Under the pieces are notes generated by a model. That model made no database searches. It saw only the letters and a list, made by a program, of their open reading frames with translations, and was not told the origin of the DNA. A stretch of DNA of 64,000 bases from a virus (lineage: Duplodnaviria > Caudoviricetes). Position numbers and translations under genes: made by a program. The stretch covers positions 36,650 through 100,649 of the IMG/VR virus record IMGVR_UViG_2522125155_000001; one strand, written 5' to 3'. The first letter of the stretch is position 1. Every line of letters begins with the position of its first letter. Of this stretch, positions 9,561-19,716 are shown piece by piece.

Positions 9561-10397
9561 ATGCCCCGCACCGTACGCCGTACCACCCGCTCGCGCGACG
9601 AGATCGACGAGCAGGACGAGGACCGCCCCACCCGTCGCGGCAGTCATCGCGAGGAGCGACCCGCCCGCCGTGGCCGCTCCCGTGACGAGGACACCGACAA
9701 CGGCTTCGACGACGATGACGACGACGAGCCCGAGGAGAAGCCCCGCGCCCGTCGCGCCAGCCGCGTCAAGGACGAGCCGAAGCGCAAGTCCGGCCGTGCC
9801 GCCGCATCCGGCTGGGGAGCCGCCGAGGAGGTCCGCGAGGCCATCCCGTCGACCGGCAACTTCGCCGAGGACCTGAAGTTGCCCGAGAAGGGCAAGATCA
9901 TCATCAAGTTCGTCGAGGACGAGCCGTTCGACTCCTACGCGGAGCACTGGGTCCCGCAGAAGGGCAAGCAGTCCTTCACCTGCGCCGGTGAGGACTGCCC
10001 GCTCTGCGAGGTCGGCAACCGCCCGAACGCCAAGATCTGCTTCAACGTGATCTCGCTCGCGGACCCGGCCAAGCCGGAACTGAAGCGCTGGCGCACCGGC
10101 GTCCAGATCGCCGAGACCATCAAGGAGTTCACGGTCAAGGGCGAGAAGACCGCCCCGCTGAGCCGCGAGGACTACTACTACGAGGTCAAGCGCGCGAAGA
10201 CGGCCAACGACAAGACGGTCACGACGGTCACGCCGATCAAGGCCCGCGACCTCGACAGCGACTACGACATCGAGCCGCTGACGGACGACGACATCGACGA
10301 GGCCATCGAGAAGGCCGGTGGCCTCTACGACTGGGAGTCCACCGAGGACACCCCCATGTCGGTGCTGGAGCAGCAGGCCGACAAGGCCGCTGCCTGA
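9561..10397 (+). CDS. Single-stranded DNA-binding protein (gp32-like, Zn-binding)
   Basis: EHWV...FTC...CPLC Zn motif, acidic tail, position before DNA polymerase. Confidence 0.75.
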   Translation: MPRTVRRTTRSRDEIDEQDEDRPTRRGSHREERPARRGRSRDEDTDNGFDDDDDDEPEEKPRARRASRVKDEPKRKSGRAAASGWGAAEEVREAIPSTGNFAEDLKLPEKGKIIIKFVEDEPFDSYAEHWVPQKGKQSFTCAGEDCPLCEVGNRPNAKICFNVISLADPAKPELKRWRTGVQIAETIKEFTVKGEKTAPLSREDYYYEVKRAKTANDKTVTTVTPIKARDLDSDYDIEPLTDDDIDEAIEKAGGLYDWESTEDTPMSVLEQQADKAAA

Positions 10398-10415
10398 CGG
10401 CAGCCCGCAACACCC

Positions 10416-10455
10416 GCCGACGCCCCATCTCTCAGCCGAGGGGTGGGGCGTCGGC
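10416..10455 (+). terminator. Long hairpin between ssb and polymerase
   Basis: GCCGACGCCCCATCTCTC-agcc-GAGGGGTGGGGCGTCGGC, 18-bp stem with G.U pairs; no U-tract. Confidence 0.55.
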
Positions 10456-10481
10456 ATCCTCGGACCACGAAAGGACCACGC

Positions 10482-12422
10482 ATGGCCCGCTTCTCCAGCA
10501 ACACGATCCTGACGCCTGACCGGCTCGTCGAGGTCGTCGACTACTTCAAGCAGTTCCCCGACATGGTGGTCGACTTCGAGACCACCGGACCCAACCGAGG
10601 GACCCCTCATCTCGCGCCCGTCGTGTGGACGATCCTCTCCACGCACGGGCGCACGGTCACCATCCCGACGGGTCATCCGAACGGCAACGTCCTCATCTCC
10701 CGGGCGACGAAGAAGAAGGACCCGGAGACGAAGAAGTTCCGCAACATCCCGGCCGTCTACGACGCCCCGCCGCCCCAGATGCGCCCCTCGGTCGCGTGGG
10801 AGATCATGGCCCCGCTCTTCACGAACGAGAACCGGATCCTCTACGCGCACAACGCGACCTTCGACTTCCCGACCGCCGCCAAGTACCTCGACGGCAACCT
10901 CCCGGCTGGCTCGCTGCGAGACACCATCGTCATCCAGTGGCTGCTCGACGAGAACCGCAACCAGTACGGCCTGAAGCCGCTCGTCGAGCACTACTTCGGG
11001 CACAAGTACGACTCCGAGGGCGTCGGCAAGTGCGTCGAGGCTCACCCCTTCTGGAAGGTCCACCGCTACGGCTACCTCGACGGGGCCTACACGTGGCACC
11101 TGAAGCAGGGGCTGGAGCCCCGGCTGGCCAAGTTCAACCTCCAGCGCGTCTACGAACTGGAGAACGAGGTCACCCGGATCGTCAGCCAGATGCGCCTCGA
11201 CGGCGTGCGGGTCAACGAGCCCGAACTCGACCGCCTTCATGCCCAGTACTCCGACGAACTCGTCGACCTCGAAGCCAACTGCTACCGCGCCGCTGGCAAG
11301 GAGTTCAACCTCAACAGCGTGCCCCAGAAGCAGGCCATCCTCTTCGACCCGAAGAAGAAGGGCGGGCAGGGGCTGAAGGTCATGAAGAAGACCAAGACCG
11401 GGGGCGCGTCCACCGACGCCGAGGCGCTGGACCACCACGCCGCCAACCCAGTGGTCAAGGCGCTCACGGAGTACACCGACGTGCAGAAACTCCAGAGCAC
11501 CTACATCGAGGGCTACACCGGCGTCGAGGGCGACCCGAAGAAGCCCCGCCAGATCTTCGACGGCCGGGTGCACGCCGAGTTGCTCCAGTACGGCACCGTC
11601 ACCGGCCGCTTCTCCTGCCGTGCCCCCAACCTGCAGAACATCCCCCGCCCGTCGACCGAGAAGGGCAAGCAGATCCGTGGCCTCTTCATGTCCGACCCGG
11701 GCGAGAAGTTGGTCGTCGCCGACTACGGCCAGATCGAACTCGTCGTCCTCGCGCACTACGCCCGGGCCTACGCCTTCGACGGTCGCGGCGCGCTGGTCGA
11801 CGGCTTCGAGGCAGGCATCGACGCCCACACCCTGACTGCGAGCAAGGTCTACGCCGTGCCGTTCGACGAGGTCGTGCCGCCGATGCGCCAGACCAGCAAG
11901 GGCATCAACTTCGCCGTCGTCTACGGCGCGGGCCCGGACAAGGTCGCCGCCATGGCCGACACCTCGGTCGAGAAGGCCAAGGGCTTCCTGAAGATCCACC
12001 AGCAGGAGTTCCCCGAGGTCTACGTCTTCAAGGACGCCGTGCTGGAGTTGGCACGCTCGCGCAAGCCGGTGCCCTACATCACCACGCTGGCTGGCCGACG
12101 TCGCCGCCTGCCGGGCCTGAACTACTCGGACAAGAGCCTGCGCGGTCTGGCCGAGCGACAGGCCATCAACAGCCTCATTCAAGGCTCGGCAGCCGACCTC
12201 ATCAAGACCGCCATGGTGCGCCTGACGAAGACGCTGCCGTCGCACTCCTCGCTCATCCTCAGCGTCCACGACGAACTCGTGGTCCGCACCCCCGAGTCGG
12301 AGGCCGAGGCGACGCAGGAGATCATGCGCGAGGCCATGCTGGGTGAGGGCATCGCCAAGATGCTCTCCGTCCCGATGACCTCCGACAGCAAGATCGTGGA
12401 CGTCTGGGCGGAGGCGAAGTGA
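10482..12422 (+). CDS. polA: Family A DNA polymerase with 3'-5' exonuclease
   Basis: DFETTG, HNATFD, YGYLD exo motifs; TGRFS..PNLQNIP, ADYGQIEL, KGINFAVVYG, SVHDEL. Confidence 0.96.
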   Translation: MARFSSNTILTPDRLVEVVDYFKQFPDMVVDFETTGPNRGTPHLAPVVWTILSTHGRTVTIPTGHPNGNVLISRATKKKDPETKKFRNIPAVYDAPPPQMRPSVAWEIMAPLFTNENRILYAHNATFDFPTAAKYLDGNLPAGSLRDTIVIQWLLDENRNQYGLKPLVEHYFGHKYDSEGVGKCVEAHPFWKVHRYGYLDGAYTWHLKQGLEPRLAKFNLQRVYELENEVTRIVSQMRLDGVRVNEPELDRLHAQYSDELVDLEANCYRAAGKEFNLNSVPQKQAILFDPKKKGGQGLKVMKKTKTGGASTDAEALDHHAANPVVKALTEYTDVQKLQSTYIEGYTGVEGDPKKPRQIFDGRVHAELLQYGTVTGRFSCRAPNLQNIPRPSTEKGKQIRGLFMSDPGEKLVVADYGQIELVVLAHYARAYAFDGRGALVDGFEAGIDAHTLTASKVYAVPFDEVVPPMRQTSKGINFAVVYGAGPDKVAAMADTSVEKAKGFLKIHQQEFPEVYVFKDAVLELARSRKPVPYITTLAGRRRRLPGLNYSDKSLRGLAERQAINSLIQGSAADLIKTAMVRLTKTLPSHSSLILSVHDELVVRTPESEAEATQEIMREAMLGEGIAKMLSVPMTSDSKIVDVWAEAK

Positions 12423-12823
12423 GCCACCACGACGACGTCGACCCGGCACACGCCGACGGCTGGCAGTACGCCCCGGGGATGCGCTACGAGAGCAGCGAGA
12501 CGATCCGCCACCGGGTCATCACCGACATCATCCCGCCGGAGCGGCTGGCGAACCCTCGCGTCGCAGAGGGGCTCGGGTACGTCCACCCGAGCCCCGACGT
12601 GCAGGCCCTCGACCTAATCCGTCTCGTCGAGCGGAAGAAGGTCATCAGGGAGATCCTCCCGGCCATGGGTCTCCTCATCGCCGAATCGCTTCAGGTAACC
12701 GAACAGGCTATTCTGATTGACGGCAACCTTGGTATGACGGACCGCGAGAAGCAGATCGCGTCGACCGTAACCGTCGCCGTCGTCAGCAGCCTGCTCGACA
12801 TGGGCATCGTCACTCGCAGATAG
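12419..12823 (+). CDS. Hypothetical protein
   Basis: GTGA coupling to polymerase. Confidence 0.65.
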   Translation: MSHHDDVDPAHADGWQYAPGMRYESSETIRHRVITDIIPPERLANPRVAEGLGYVHPSPDVQALDLIRLVERKKVIREILPAMGLLIAESLQVTEQAILIDGNLGMTDREKQIASTVTVAVVSSLLDMGIVTRR

Positions 12824-12830
12824 GAACCAC

Positions 12831-13316
12831 ATGACCAACTTCTGGGCCCAGCGGCTGGGCGTGCAGCCCGCCCCGCAGCAGGTTCAACCGGCAGCCCCCG
12901 TGGCCACTCCCGGAGCCCCGTGGTGGGCCCCGGCACCGGTGCCCCAGCCCGTCCCGATGCCGCAGGCTCCGGGCATCCCCGGGTACCCGCCGGTGCCCAT
13001 GCCGCAGGTTCCCGCGCCGGAGCCCGAGCACCACGGGTGGGGCAGCGTCAAGGGATCGCTGGCCAAGGCGAAGAGCGCCAAACTCACCTCCGTCTGCGGC
13101 AACTGCGGCTCCGGCAACGTCTTCCGTCCGACGCCCAACGCCATGGAGCAGTGCTACGACTGCGGCGAGAACCCCCGCTTCAGCCAGACCGGCGGCGAGG
13201 GAGGGCTCCCCTCCGAGGCCTCCGGCCCGACCCAGCAGGCCCGCCAGATCAGTGGCGGTGGCGGTGCCGGTGGGCGCAGCAACTTCAACCCCGGCGAGAT
13301 CGTCGCCCGCCTCTAG
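12831..13316 (+). CDS. Pro-rich protein with Zn ribbon
   Basis: CGNCGSGN...CYDCG. Confidence 0.75.
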   Translation: MTNFWAQRLGVQPAPQQVQPAAPVATPGAPWWAPAPVPQPVPMPQAPGIPGYPPVPMPQVPAPEPEHHGWGSVKGSLAKAKSAKLTSVCGNCGSGNVFRPTPNAMEQCYDCGENPRFSQTGGEGGLPSEASGPTQQARQISGGGGAGGRSNFNPGEIVARL

Positions 13317-13319
13317 TAC

Positions 13320-15401
13320 GTGACCAACCCCAACAGGAAGAAGAGCATGACCACCTACGCACGACCGCACTACCTCTCGTTCGGCCTCTCGGACGAGTTC
13401 GTCGACCGGTACACCGACCGCCCGGTCCCCTTCGGGTTCGAACTCCCCGGTGGCAGCAGCCTCGGCGAGATCACCTTCATCACCAAGTACTCGCGCAAGC
13501 GTGAGGACGGCACCAAGGAGCGCTGGCACGAGGCCTGCCGCCGCGTCATCGAGGGCATGTACTCGCTGCAGAAGGACTACGTCAAGGACAACCGTCTGCC
13601 GTGGAACGACCGCAAGGCTCAGGCCTCGGCGCAGGAGGCCTACGACCGCCTCTTCCACCTGAAGTGGACCCCGCCGGGCCGTGGCATGTGGATCATGGGC
13701 ACCCCGCTGGTCAACGAGCAGAAGAACAGCGCCCCGCTGCAGAACTGCGCCTTCATCTCGACCGACGACATGACGGTCAACGACCCGTCGATGCCGTTCA
13801 CCTTCCTCATGGAGGCCTCGATGCTCGGCGTCGGCGTCGGCTTCGACACTCGCGGCGCGGACAAGGGCTTCAAGATCCACGAGCCGTCACCCATGCACGA
13901 CCCCGTGGTGATCCCCGACAGCCGCGAGGGCTGGGTGAACTCCGTCCGGCTCGTGCTGGAGGCCTACCTGAAGCCGAACCAGCACCTGCCGGAGTTCGAC
14001 TACAGCCTCATCCGCCCTGCCGGTGAGCCCATCAAGACCTTCGGGGGAACGGCAGCCGGGCCCGGGTCGCTCGTCGAACTTCATGTGACCCTCCGCCGCC
14101 TGCTTGGCGGACGTGACGGCCAGCCGCTGACCTCCACCGACATCGCTGACATCGGCAACCTCATCGGCAAGTGCGTCGTCGCGGGCAACGTCCGCCGCTC
14201 GGCCGAGATCCTCCTCGGCGACATCGAGGATGAGGCCTTCCTCGACCTGAAGAACTGGGAGGTCAATCCCGAGCGCATGGCCTACCCGACCGGCTGGGGC
14301 CAACTCAGCAACAACTCCGTCGTCGTCGGCGTCGACACCCCTCTCGACGCCATTGTGGAGAAGATCGCGATCAACGGCGAGCCCGGGGTCATCTGGCTCG
14401 ACACCGCGCGCAACTTCGGGCGACTGAAGGACCCCGCCGACTACAAGGACTACCGGGTCATGGGCTTCAACCCCTGCGCCGAGCAGCCGCTGGAGTCCGG
14501 CGAGATGTGCACTCTCGTGGAGACCTACCTGCACAACCACGAGACCAAGGAGGACTTCCACCGCACCCTGAAGTTCGCCTACCTCTACGCCAAGACGGTC
14601 ACCCTCATCCCGACCCACTGGCCCAAGACGAACGCGATCATGCAGCGCAACCGCCGCATCGGGACGTCGGCCTCGGCCATCGCCAACTTCGCCGACGACA
14701 AGGGCCTCAGCGTCCTGCGTGAGTGGCTCGACACGGGCTACGGCATCGTCGACCAGTACGACCGGATCTACTCCGAGTGGCTCTGCGTCCGCGAGTCGAT
14801 CCGCACCACGACGGTCAAGCCCTCCGGCACCGTCTCGCTCATGGCCGGGGCGTCCCCGGGCGTGCACTGGCAGCCGGGCGGCAAGTACTTCGACCGCGCC
14901 ATGCGCTTCGGCAAGGACGACCCCATCGTCGTGCTCGCCGGTGACGCCGGGTACCGCGTCGAGCAGGCCAAGGAGAACCCCGACAACGTCGTGGTCTTCT
15001 TCCCGGTCAAGTCGAAGGCGTCACGCTCGGAGAAGCAGGTCTCGATCTACGAGAAGGCCAACCTCGCCGTCGAGGCCCAGCGTTGGTGGAGCGACAACGC
15101 CGTCAGCGTCACGGTCTCCTTCGACGCCGAGAAGGAAGCCGACGACGTCAAGCGGGTGCTGGCCATGCACGCGGGCCACCTGAAGACGATCTCGTTCCTG
15201 CCCATGGGCAACGCGGTGTACCCGCAGATGCCCTACACCGAGATCACCGAGGCTGACTACATCGCGGCCGAGGAGAGCATCTTCGGCATCGACTTCGAGC
15301 CCCTCTACAACGGGGACATGAAGGCCATCGACGCCATCGGTGAGGCCTTCTGCAGCACCGACGCGTGCGAGGTCAAGGATCTCCTGAAGTACGCCGCGTA
15401 G
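13320..15401 (+). CDS. nrdJ: Class II (B12-dependent, RTPR-type) ribonucleotide reductase; start may be 13347
   Basis: PPGRG, LQNCAF, GNVRRSA, GEPG, NPCAEQPL, TVKPSGT, C-terminal CSTDAC. Confidence 0.95.
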   Translation: MTNPNRKKSMTTYARPHYLSFGLSDEFVDRYTDRPVPFGFELPGGSSLGEITFITKYSRKREDGTKERWHEACRRVIEGMYSLQKDYVKDNRLPWNDRKAQASAQEAYDRLFHLKWTPPGRGMWIMGTPLVNEQKNSAPLQNCAFISTDDMTVNDPSMPFTFLMEASMLGVGVGFDTRGADKGFKIHEPSPMHDPVVIPDSREGWVNSVRLVLEAYLKPNQHLPEFDYSLIRPAGEPIKTFGGTAAGPGSLVELHVTLRRLLGGRDGQPLTSTDIADIGNLIGKCVVAGNVRRSAEILLGDIEDEAFLDLKNWEVNPERMAYPTGWGQLSNNSVVVGVDTPLDAIVEKIAINGEPGVIWLDTARNFGRLKDPADYKDYRVMGFNPCAEQPLESGEMCTLVETYLHNHETKEDFHRTLKFAYLYAKTVTLIPTHWPKTNAIMQRNRRIGTSASAIANFADDKGLSVLREWLDTGYGIVDQYDRIYSEWLCVRESIRTTTVKPSGTVSLMAGASPGVHWQPGGKYFDRAMRFGKDDPIVVLAGDAGYRVEQAKENPDNVVVFFPVKSKASRSEKQVSIYEKANLAVEAQRWWSDNAVSVTVSFDAEKEADDVKRVLAMHAGHLKTISFLPMGNAVYPQMPYTEITEADYIAAEESIFGIDFEPLYNGDMKAIDAIGEAFCSTDACEVKDLLKYAA

Positions 15402-15413
15402 TAGCAACTACTT
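15401..15413. promoter_or_regulatory. GTAGCAACTACTT operator-like site, copy 2
   Basis: Identical to 785-797; at the nrdJ stop, upstream of recA operon. Confidence 0.55.
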
Positions 15414-15489
15414 AACTGGACGGCCCGGGTCGTCAGCGCATACCCTAGGTAACTGGATCAGTCGCACCGATTGACCAGAAGGGAACACT

Positions 15490-15684
15490 ATGGCTGGCAA
15501 CCCGGGCCTTCATGTCACGGTCACGCGCACCGTGACCTACACCTACGTCGAGCCGTTCGTCGATGAGGACAGCATCCACGACCTCGAAGCCACGCTGACC
15601 GAGACCGTCCGCTTCCGCGACCCGCAGTACTGCGACGCCTACGACACGACGACGAGCGTCCTCGTGACCGAGGCCACCCAGTGA
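15490..15684 (+). CDS. Hypothetical protein
   Basis: AAGGG SD; stop overlaps recA start. Confidence 0.65.
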   Translation: MAGNPGLHVTVTRTVTYTYVEPFVDEDSIHDLEATLTETVRFRDPQYCDAYDTTTSVLVTEATQ

Positions 15685-16841
15685 GCACCTTCACCCCGGA
15701 GGCGCTGGCCGTCATGGCCAAGATCAACAAGGACTACGGCACCGGAGCGCTGGTGCTGGCCAAGGACATTCAGGTCCACAAGCGCTACACGACCGGCCAC
15801 CTCGGCCTCGACGTCGCCCTCGGTGGCGGCTGGCCCGCGAACCAGCCCATCGAGGTCCTCGGCCGAGAGAGCAACGGCAAGACCGCCGTCGTCCTGAAGA
15901 CCCTCGCGGCCAACATGGACATCGACCCCGAGTTCACCGCCCTGTGGGTCGCCGCCGAGCACTTCGACGTCGATCAGGCCGAGGCCCTCGGCGTGGACTG
16001 CAGCCGCGTCATCGTGCACAACACGCAGGCGATGGAAGAGGCCTTTCAGGTCATGCTCGCCTTCGGTGCCGAGCGCGCCGTCGATGCCATCATCCTCGAC
16101 TCCTACCCGGCCCTCGTGCCGGACGAGGAAGCGGCCAAGGACATGGACGAGCACTCCATGGCCATCGGGGCCCGGCTCTTCGGCAAGTTCTTCCGCAAGT
16201 GGGGACGCCAGTGCCGCATCGACATCACCGACCCCGACGTCAAGCCGATGCTCGGCCCGATCATCATCAACCAGTTCCGCGACAAGATCGGCGCGTGGAG
16301 CCCGCACGGCACCCCGAAGACGAGTCCCGGCGGCAACGCGAAGAACTACGCCTTCTACGTCCGCGTCGAGGTCCAGCGTGACGAGTTCATCAAGATCACC
16401 GAGAACGGCCTGAAGGTCCCCGTCGGCCAGACGATCAAGGTCACCACGACCAAGAACAAGTCCAACAGCCCGGGGCAGGTCGCGGTCCTCGACTTCTACT
16501 TCCGTGACGCCGACAGCCTCGACAAGAAGCGCGGCGACTACGACCTCAGCAAGGACATCGCCCTGTGCGCGCTGCTCTTCGGGGTCATCGAGCGCCGTGG
16601 CTCGACCTTCGTCTTCGAGAACGGGGAACTCGACTCGAAGAAGAAGCCGCTTCATCGCTGGGCTGGCAAGGACGCGATGTACGCGGGCGTCATGGAGAGC
16701 CCCGACCTCTTCGCCCAGATCCGCGAGCGGGTCCTCGCCGTCGCCGCCGACCCGGCCGCAGAGCACGCGCTCACCGAGGAGGCCGTCACCGAGGCTGCAA
16801 GCGCCGGAGTGAAGGTCGTCGCACGGAAGGAAGCCGCGTGA
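15681..16841 (+). CDS. recA: RecA-like recombinase
   Basis: TGHLGLDVALGGGWP, GRESNGKT, ILDSYPAL, INQFRDKIG, PGGNAKNY, KNK. Confidence 0.95.
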   Translation: MSTFTPEALAVMAKINKDYGTGALVLAKDIQVHKRYTTGHLGLDVALGGGWPANQPIEVLGRESNGKTAVVLKTLAANMDIDPEFTALWVAAEHFDVDQAEALGVDCSRVIVHNTQAMEEAFQVMLAFGAERAVDAIILDSYPALVPDEEAAKDMDEHSMAIGARLFGKFFRKWGRQCRIDITDPDVKPMLGPIIINQFRDKIGAWSPHGTPKTSPGGNAKNYAFYVRVEVQRDEFIKITENGLKVPVGQTIKVTTTKNKSNSPGQVAVLDFYFRDADSLDKKRGDYDLSKDIALCALLFGVIERRGSTFVFENGELDSKKKPLHRWAGKDAMYAGVMESPDLFAQIRERVLAVAADPAAEHALTEEAVTEAASAGVKVVARKEAA

Positions 16842-17098
16842 CGTGGGGCACGGTCTCGGTCGCCCTCAACATCATCCTCGCGGCGCTCGTGCTCTTCCAG
16901 CGTCTGCACATCGCACGCCTGACCCGAGTCCTCGCGGAGCGCTCGACCTTCATCACCAACATCCTCGGAAGGACTCATGAAGACCTCGCTGAAGAAGTCG
17001 CAGCAGCAGGAAAAGCGCTTGGCCGGACGGTACGGCGGCTCGATATCGGCCGGTTCCGGAAACGGGTGGGTCAGGAAGAACGACGTGCGCAGCGCTGA
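16838..17098 (+). CDS. Possible membrane protein overlapping the resolvase
   Basis: GTGA coupling to recA; N-terminal hydrophobic helix; 122-nt overlap with next gene. Confidence 0.45.
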   Translation: MTWGTVSVALNIILAALVLFQRLHIARLTRVLAERSTFITNILGRTHEDLAEEVAAAGKALGRTVRRLDIGRFRKRVGQEERRAQR

Positions 17099-17303
17099 GG
17101 TCAGCATCGAGGCCAAGTACACCGACGCCAAGCAGTTCACCCTGAAGCAGGCCGACCTGCACAAGGGGGAGCGGTACGCGCTGGTCGACGGTCGCGAGTT
17201 CGCCTTCGTCATCTCGTTCTCCGGCGAGGAGTGGGTCGTCGTCCGCGAGGCCGACTACAAGGATCTGCGAGAGCGCGCCGACTCGCTGGATACGGCCCTC
17301 TGA
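16977..17303 (+). CDS. PD-(D/E)xK nuclease, Holliday-junction-resolvase-like
   Basis: QEKRLA..YGG...GSG....KNDV....IEAKYT. Confidence 0.8.
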   Translation: MKTSLKKSQQQEKRLAGRYGGSISAGSGNGWVRKNDVRSAEVSIEAKYTDAKQFTLKQADLHKGERYALVDGREFAFVISFSGEEWVVVREADYKDLRERADSLDTAL

Positions 17304-17713
17304 TGGTCATGAAGTTGCGCATCCCGCAGCCGGACTGGACCGGGGCCAAGTGCCTCGACTTCGTCCCGACGAGGGAGTACGACGCCTTCGTCGATGACGA
17401 CATGGACGAGGCCGTGGCCGTCTGCAACGGCGACATCGACGGCAAGGTCTGCCCGAAGCGCCACGACTGCCTCATCTTCGCGCTCATCAACAACGAGCAC
17501 TACGGCGTCTTCGGCGGTCTCTACCCCGAGCAGCGCCACGATCTCCGGCAGCGGTTCAAGCGCCGCAAGGGAAAGCCCGCACCTATCGAATGGGAGTTCG
17601 ACAATGCCACGCCCCAGCAAGACCTCCTCGACGCGGCGGCGGCGCGCGAAGCCGACAGGGAGGCTCTTCGATCTCGCGCAAGCGACGAAGCCGAACTACG
17701 TCCTGCTGGGTGA
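17303..17713 (+). CDS. whiB: WhiB-family transcription factor
   Basis: W..AKC...AVAVC...CPKRHDCL..AL...YGVFGGL....R. Confidence 0.9.
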   Translation: MVMKLRIPQPDWTGAKCLDFVPTREYDAFVDDDMDEAVAVCNGDIDGKVCPKRHDCLIFALINNEHYGVFGGLYPEQRHDLRQRFKRRKGKPAPIEWEFDNATPQQDLLDAAAAREADREALRSRASDEAELRPAG

Positions 17714-18707
17714 CATCCGCAAGCACCTGCTGAGGCAGATCGACGCTCCCTCCGACCGGCGTCAGGACATCCTTCATCCGAGCGAGATGGCCAAGTCGGA
17801 CTGGTGCCCTCGACAGTCGTGGTATCGGCTGTCGGGGGTGCCGGAGTCGGACCCCCAGAAGAAGCACGGCTACCAGTTGGAGAACATCTTCGACGAGGGC
17901 CACACGATCCACGACAAGTGGCAGCGCCGCCTCTGGGACATGGGGATCCTCGACGGCATGTGGGGCTGCCTCGTGTGCGAGCACAAGTGGTGGGATACCG
18001 CACCGCAGGAGTGCCCCCAGTGCAGTGCTCCCAAGCGCGTGCTGCAGTACCGCGAGGTCCCGGTCGACGGCGAGGAGCGCTACCTCATCGTCGGCCACGA
18101 GGACGGCCTCGTGCGCAAGAGCCTCGTCGAGGTCAAGAGCATCGGTCAGGGGACCCTGCGGATGGACGCACCGGACCTGCTCCGGGCCAACTCCGTGGAG
18201 GGCCCCAAGGGCCGCAAGATCTACGACCTCGACGGAATCTGGCGCGACCTGAAGAGCCCCCTCGGGAGCCACCTGCGCCAGACGAACATCTACGCCGCCA
18301 TCCTCATCGAGAACGGCGTCGAGATCGACGAGATCGTCTTCCTCTACGAGTACAAGTCGAATCAGGACGTGAAGGAGTTCCGGGTCAAGCCGAGCGCCCG
18401 GATCGCGAAGCCCATGCTCGACACCGCGCTCGACATCAAGTACGCGCTGGAGAAGAACCGCGAGGTCCCCCGACCCGGGGACCGCGAGAAGACCACCAAG
18501 GGCTGCAAAGAGTGCCCGTGGCAGACCACCTGCTGGACCGACAAGGAGAGCAATGCCAAGGACCGTTCGCCGTCAGACAACGCGGCAGAAGCCGGAGAAC
18601 ACGTGGAGCACCGTCCCCGCCGCGTCATACGCGCAGGGGCGTCTGCAGCAGCGGCAGATCGAACTGCCGGAGCACCCCGGCGGCGACGTTCCAAGGTTGC
18701 CCCCTGA
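17604..18707 (+). CDS. Cas4-like (RecB-type) exonuclease with inserted Zn ribbon
   Basis: HPSE..CPRQ, G.TIH, GHEDG, EVKS, QTNIY, CKECPWQTTC; extra CLVC/CPQC. Confidence 0.85.
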   Translation: MPRPSKTSSTRRRRAKPTGRLFDLAQATKPNYVLLGDIRKHLLRQIDAPSDRRQDILHPSEMAKSDWCPRQSWYRLSGVPESDPQKKHGYQLENIFDEGHTIHDKWQRRLWDMGILDGMWGCLVCEHKWWDTAPQECPQCSAPKRVLQYREVPVDGEERYLIVGHEDGLVRKSLVEVKSIGQGTLRMDAPDLLRANSVEGPKGRKIYDLDGIWRDLKSPLGSHLRQTNIYAAILIENGVEIDEIVFLYEYKSNQDVKEFRVKPSARIAKPMLDTALDIKYALEKNREVPRPGDREKTTKGCKECPWQTTCWTDKESNAKDRSPSDNAAEAGEHVEHRPRRVIRAGASAAAADRTAGAPRRRRSKVAP

Positions 18708-19083
18708 CCCGACCGACCTGACCGACCCGGAGTTGATGACCCTCTTCCGGGAGTTCACCGAGTGGGTGGCGTATCAGGGCGCTCAGTTGGCCGTCGCCGA
18801 CGTCGAGGAGCAGAGCACGGCGGAGGACGTCAAGCGCATGGAGACGATGTCGGCCGCGCGCAACTCCGGCGCGAAGACGGTTACCGCCGCCAAGGCTGCC
18901 ATCTGGGAGGACAGTGCCTACATCGACGCCCGGGACGCCCACTTCAAGGCGCAGGCCTACCAGAAGATGCTCCGGGGCATCTACGAGGCTACCGAGAAGA
19001 AGCAGGTCCTGCTGTCCCGAGAACTGACCCGCCGCGTCGGCCGCGAGCCGCGCGACAGCCGGAACGGGAAGTGGAATGCGTAG
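18553..19083 (+). CDS. Hypothetical helical protein, possible recombination mediator
   Basis: AAGGAG SD; C-terminal LSRELTRR; recombination-gene context. Confidence 0.65.
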   Translation: MPRTVRRQTTRQKPENTWSTVPAASYAQGRLQQRQIELPEHPGGDVPRLPPDPTDLTDPELMTLFREFTEWVAYQGAQLAVADVEEQSTAEDVKRMETMSAARNSGAKTVTAAKAAIWEDSAYIDARDAHFKAQAYQKMLRGIYEATEKKQVLLSRELTRRVGREPRDSRNGKWNA

Positions 19084-19489
19084 GGTCGCTCGCCGCCGAC
19101 GTCGGATGATCAAGGCCCCGTGGGAGCAGCGGGGGACCGACGCCAAGGGCCGCACGCTCCTGACCAACGTCAAGGACGCCGTCTACGTCCAGAACCCCGA
19201 CGGCGACCACGTGGAACTCGGGCTATTCGACCGCATGTACCGGATCTACCGGCACTCCGGCGTGACACCTAATCAGGTCGCGGCCGAGGAGGGTATCCGC
19301 TACTTCCGGCACGAGTGGGAGTTCCTCCGCGACAACCAGTGCCTGTGGATCGAGTTCGTCCACCCGTCAACCGGATCAGTCATGCGGATTGACTTCGATT
19401 CGGCATCCCGATACGGTTCCGCAGTGACCAACCAGTGGGGGCAGATGTGGTCTGTCCCCGAAACCCGATACGAAGGGAACACCCTGTGA
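19076..19489 (+). CDS. Hypothetical protein
   Basis: Operon-packed ORF. Confidence 0.6.
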   Translation: MRRVARRRRRMIKAPWEQRGTDAKGRTLLTNVKDAVYVQNPDGDHVELGLFDRMYRIYRHSGVTPNQVAAEEGIRYFRHEWEFLRDNQCLWIEFVHPSTGSVMRIDFDSASRYGSAVTNQWGQMWSVPETRYEGNTL

Positions 19490-19716
19490 CCAGTCATCCC
19501 GAGTCGCTCCCCGGAGCGACCGCCTTCCGCACCGTCATCGTCGTCCTGACCGTGCTCCTGTGGCTCCTGATGGTGGCCTGCCTCGGCAGCACCGTCCGCG
19601 CCGCATGGACCGGCGACCTGAACGCCGCCCGGGCCCTCGCCCTCGGCTGGGGGTTCTTCGTCGTCTACACCCTGTGGGACATGGCCAAGTACATCCGCGA
19701 GCAGGTGCGCCGGTGA
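19486..19716 (+). CDS. Membrane protein (2 TM)
   Basis: Two hydrophobic segments; GTGA coupling. Confidence 0.65.
   Translation: MTSHPESLPGATAFRTVIVVLTVLLWLLMVACLGSTVRAAWTGDLNAARALALGWGFFVVYTLWDMAKYIREQVRR

Noticed and set aside
9471-12449. Long - strand ORFs (992 aa here; also 6391-7959, 38291-40012, 41208-43253)
   Set aside because: Antisense shadows of high-GC3 genes with no recognisable motifs.
3676-16841. Inteins or introns in dnaB, polA, nrdJ, recA
   Set aside because: Lengths and motif spacing are normal; no intein junction or homing-endonuclease motifs seen.
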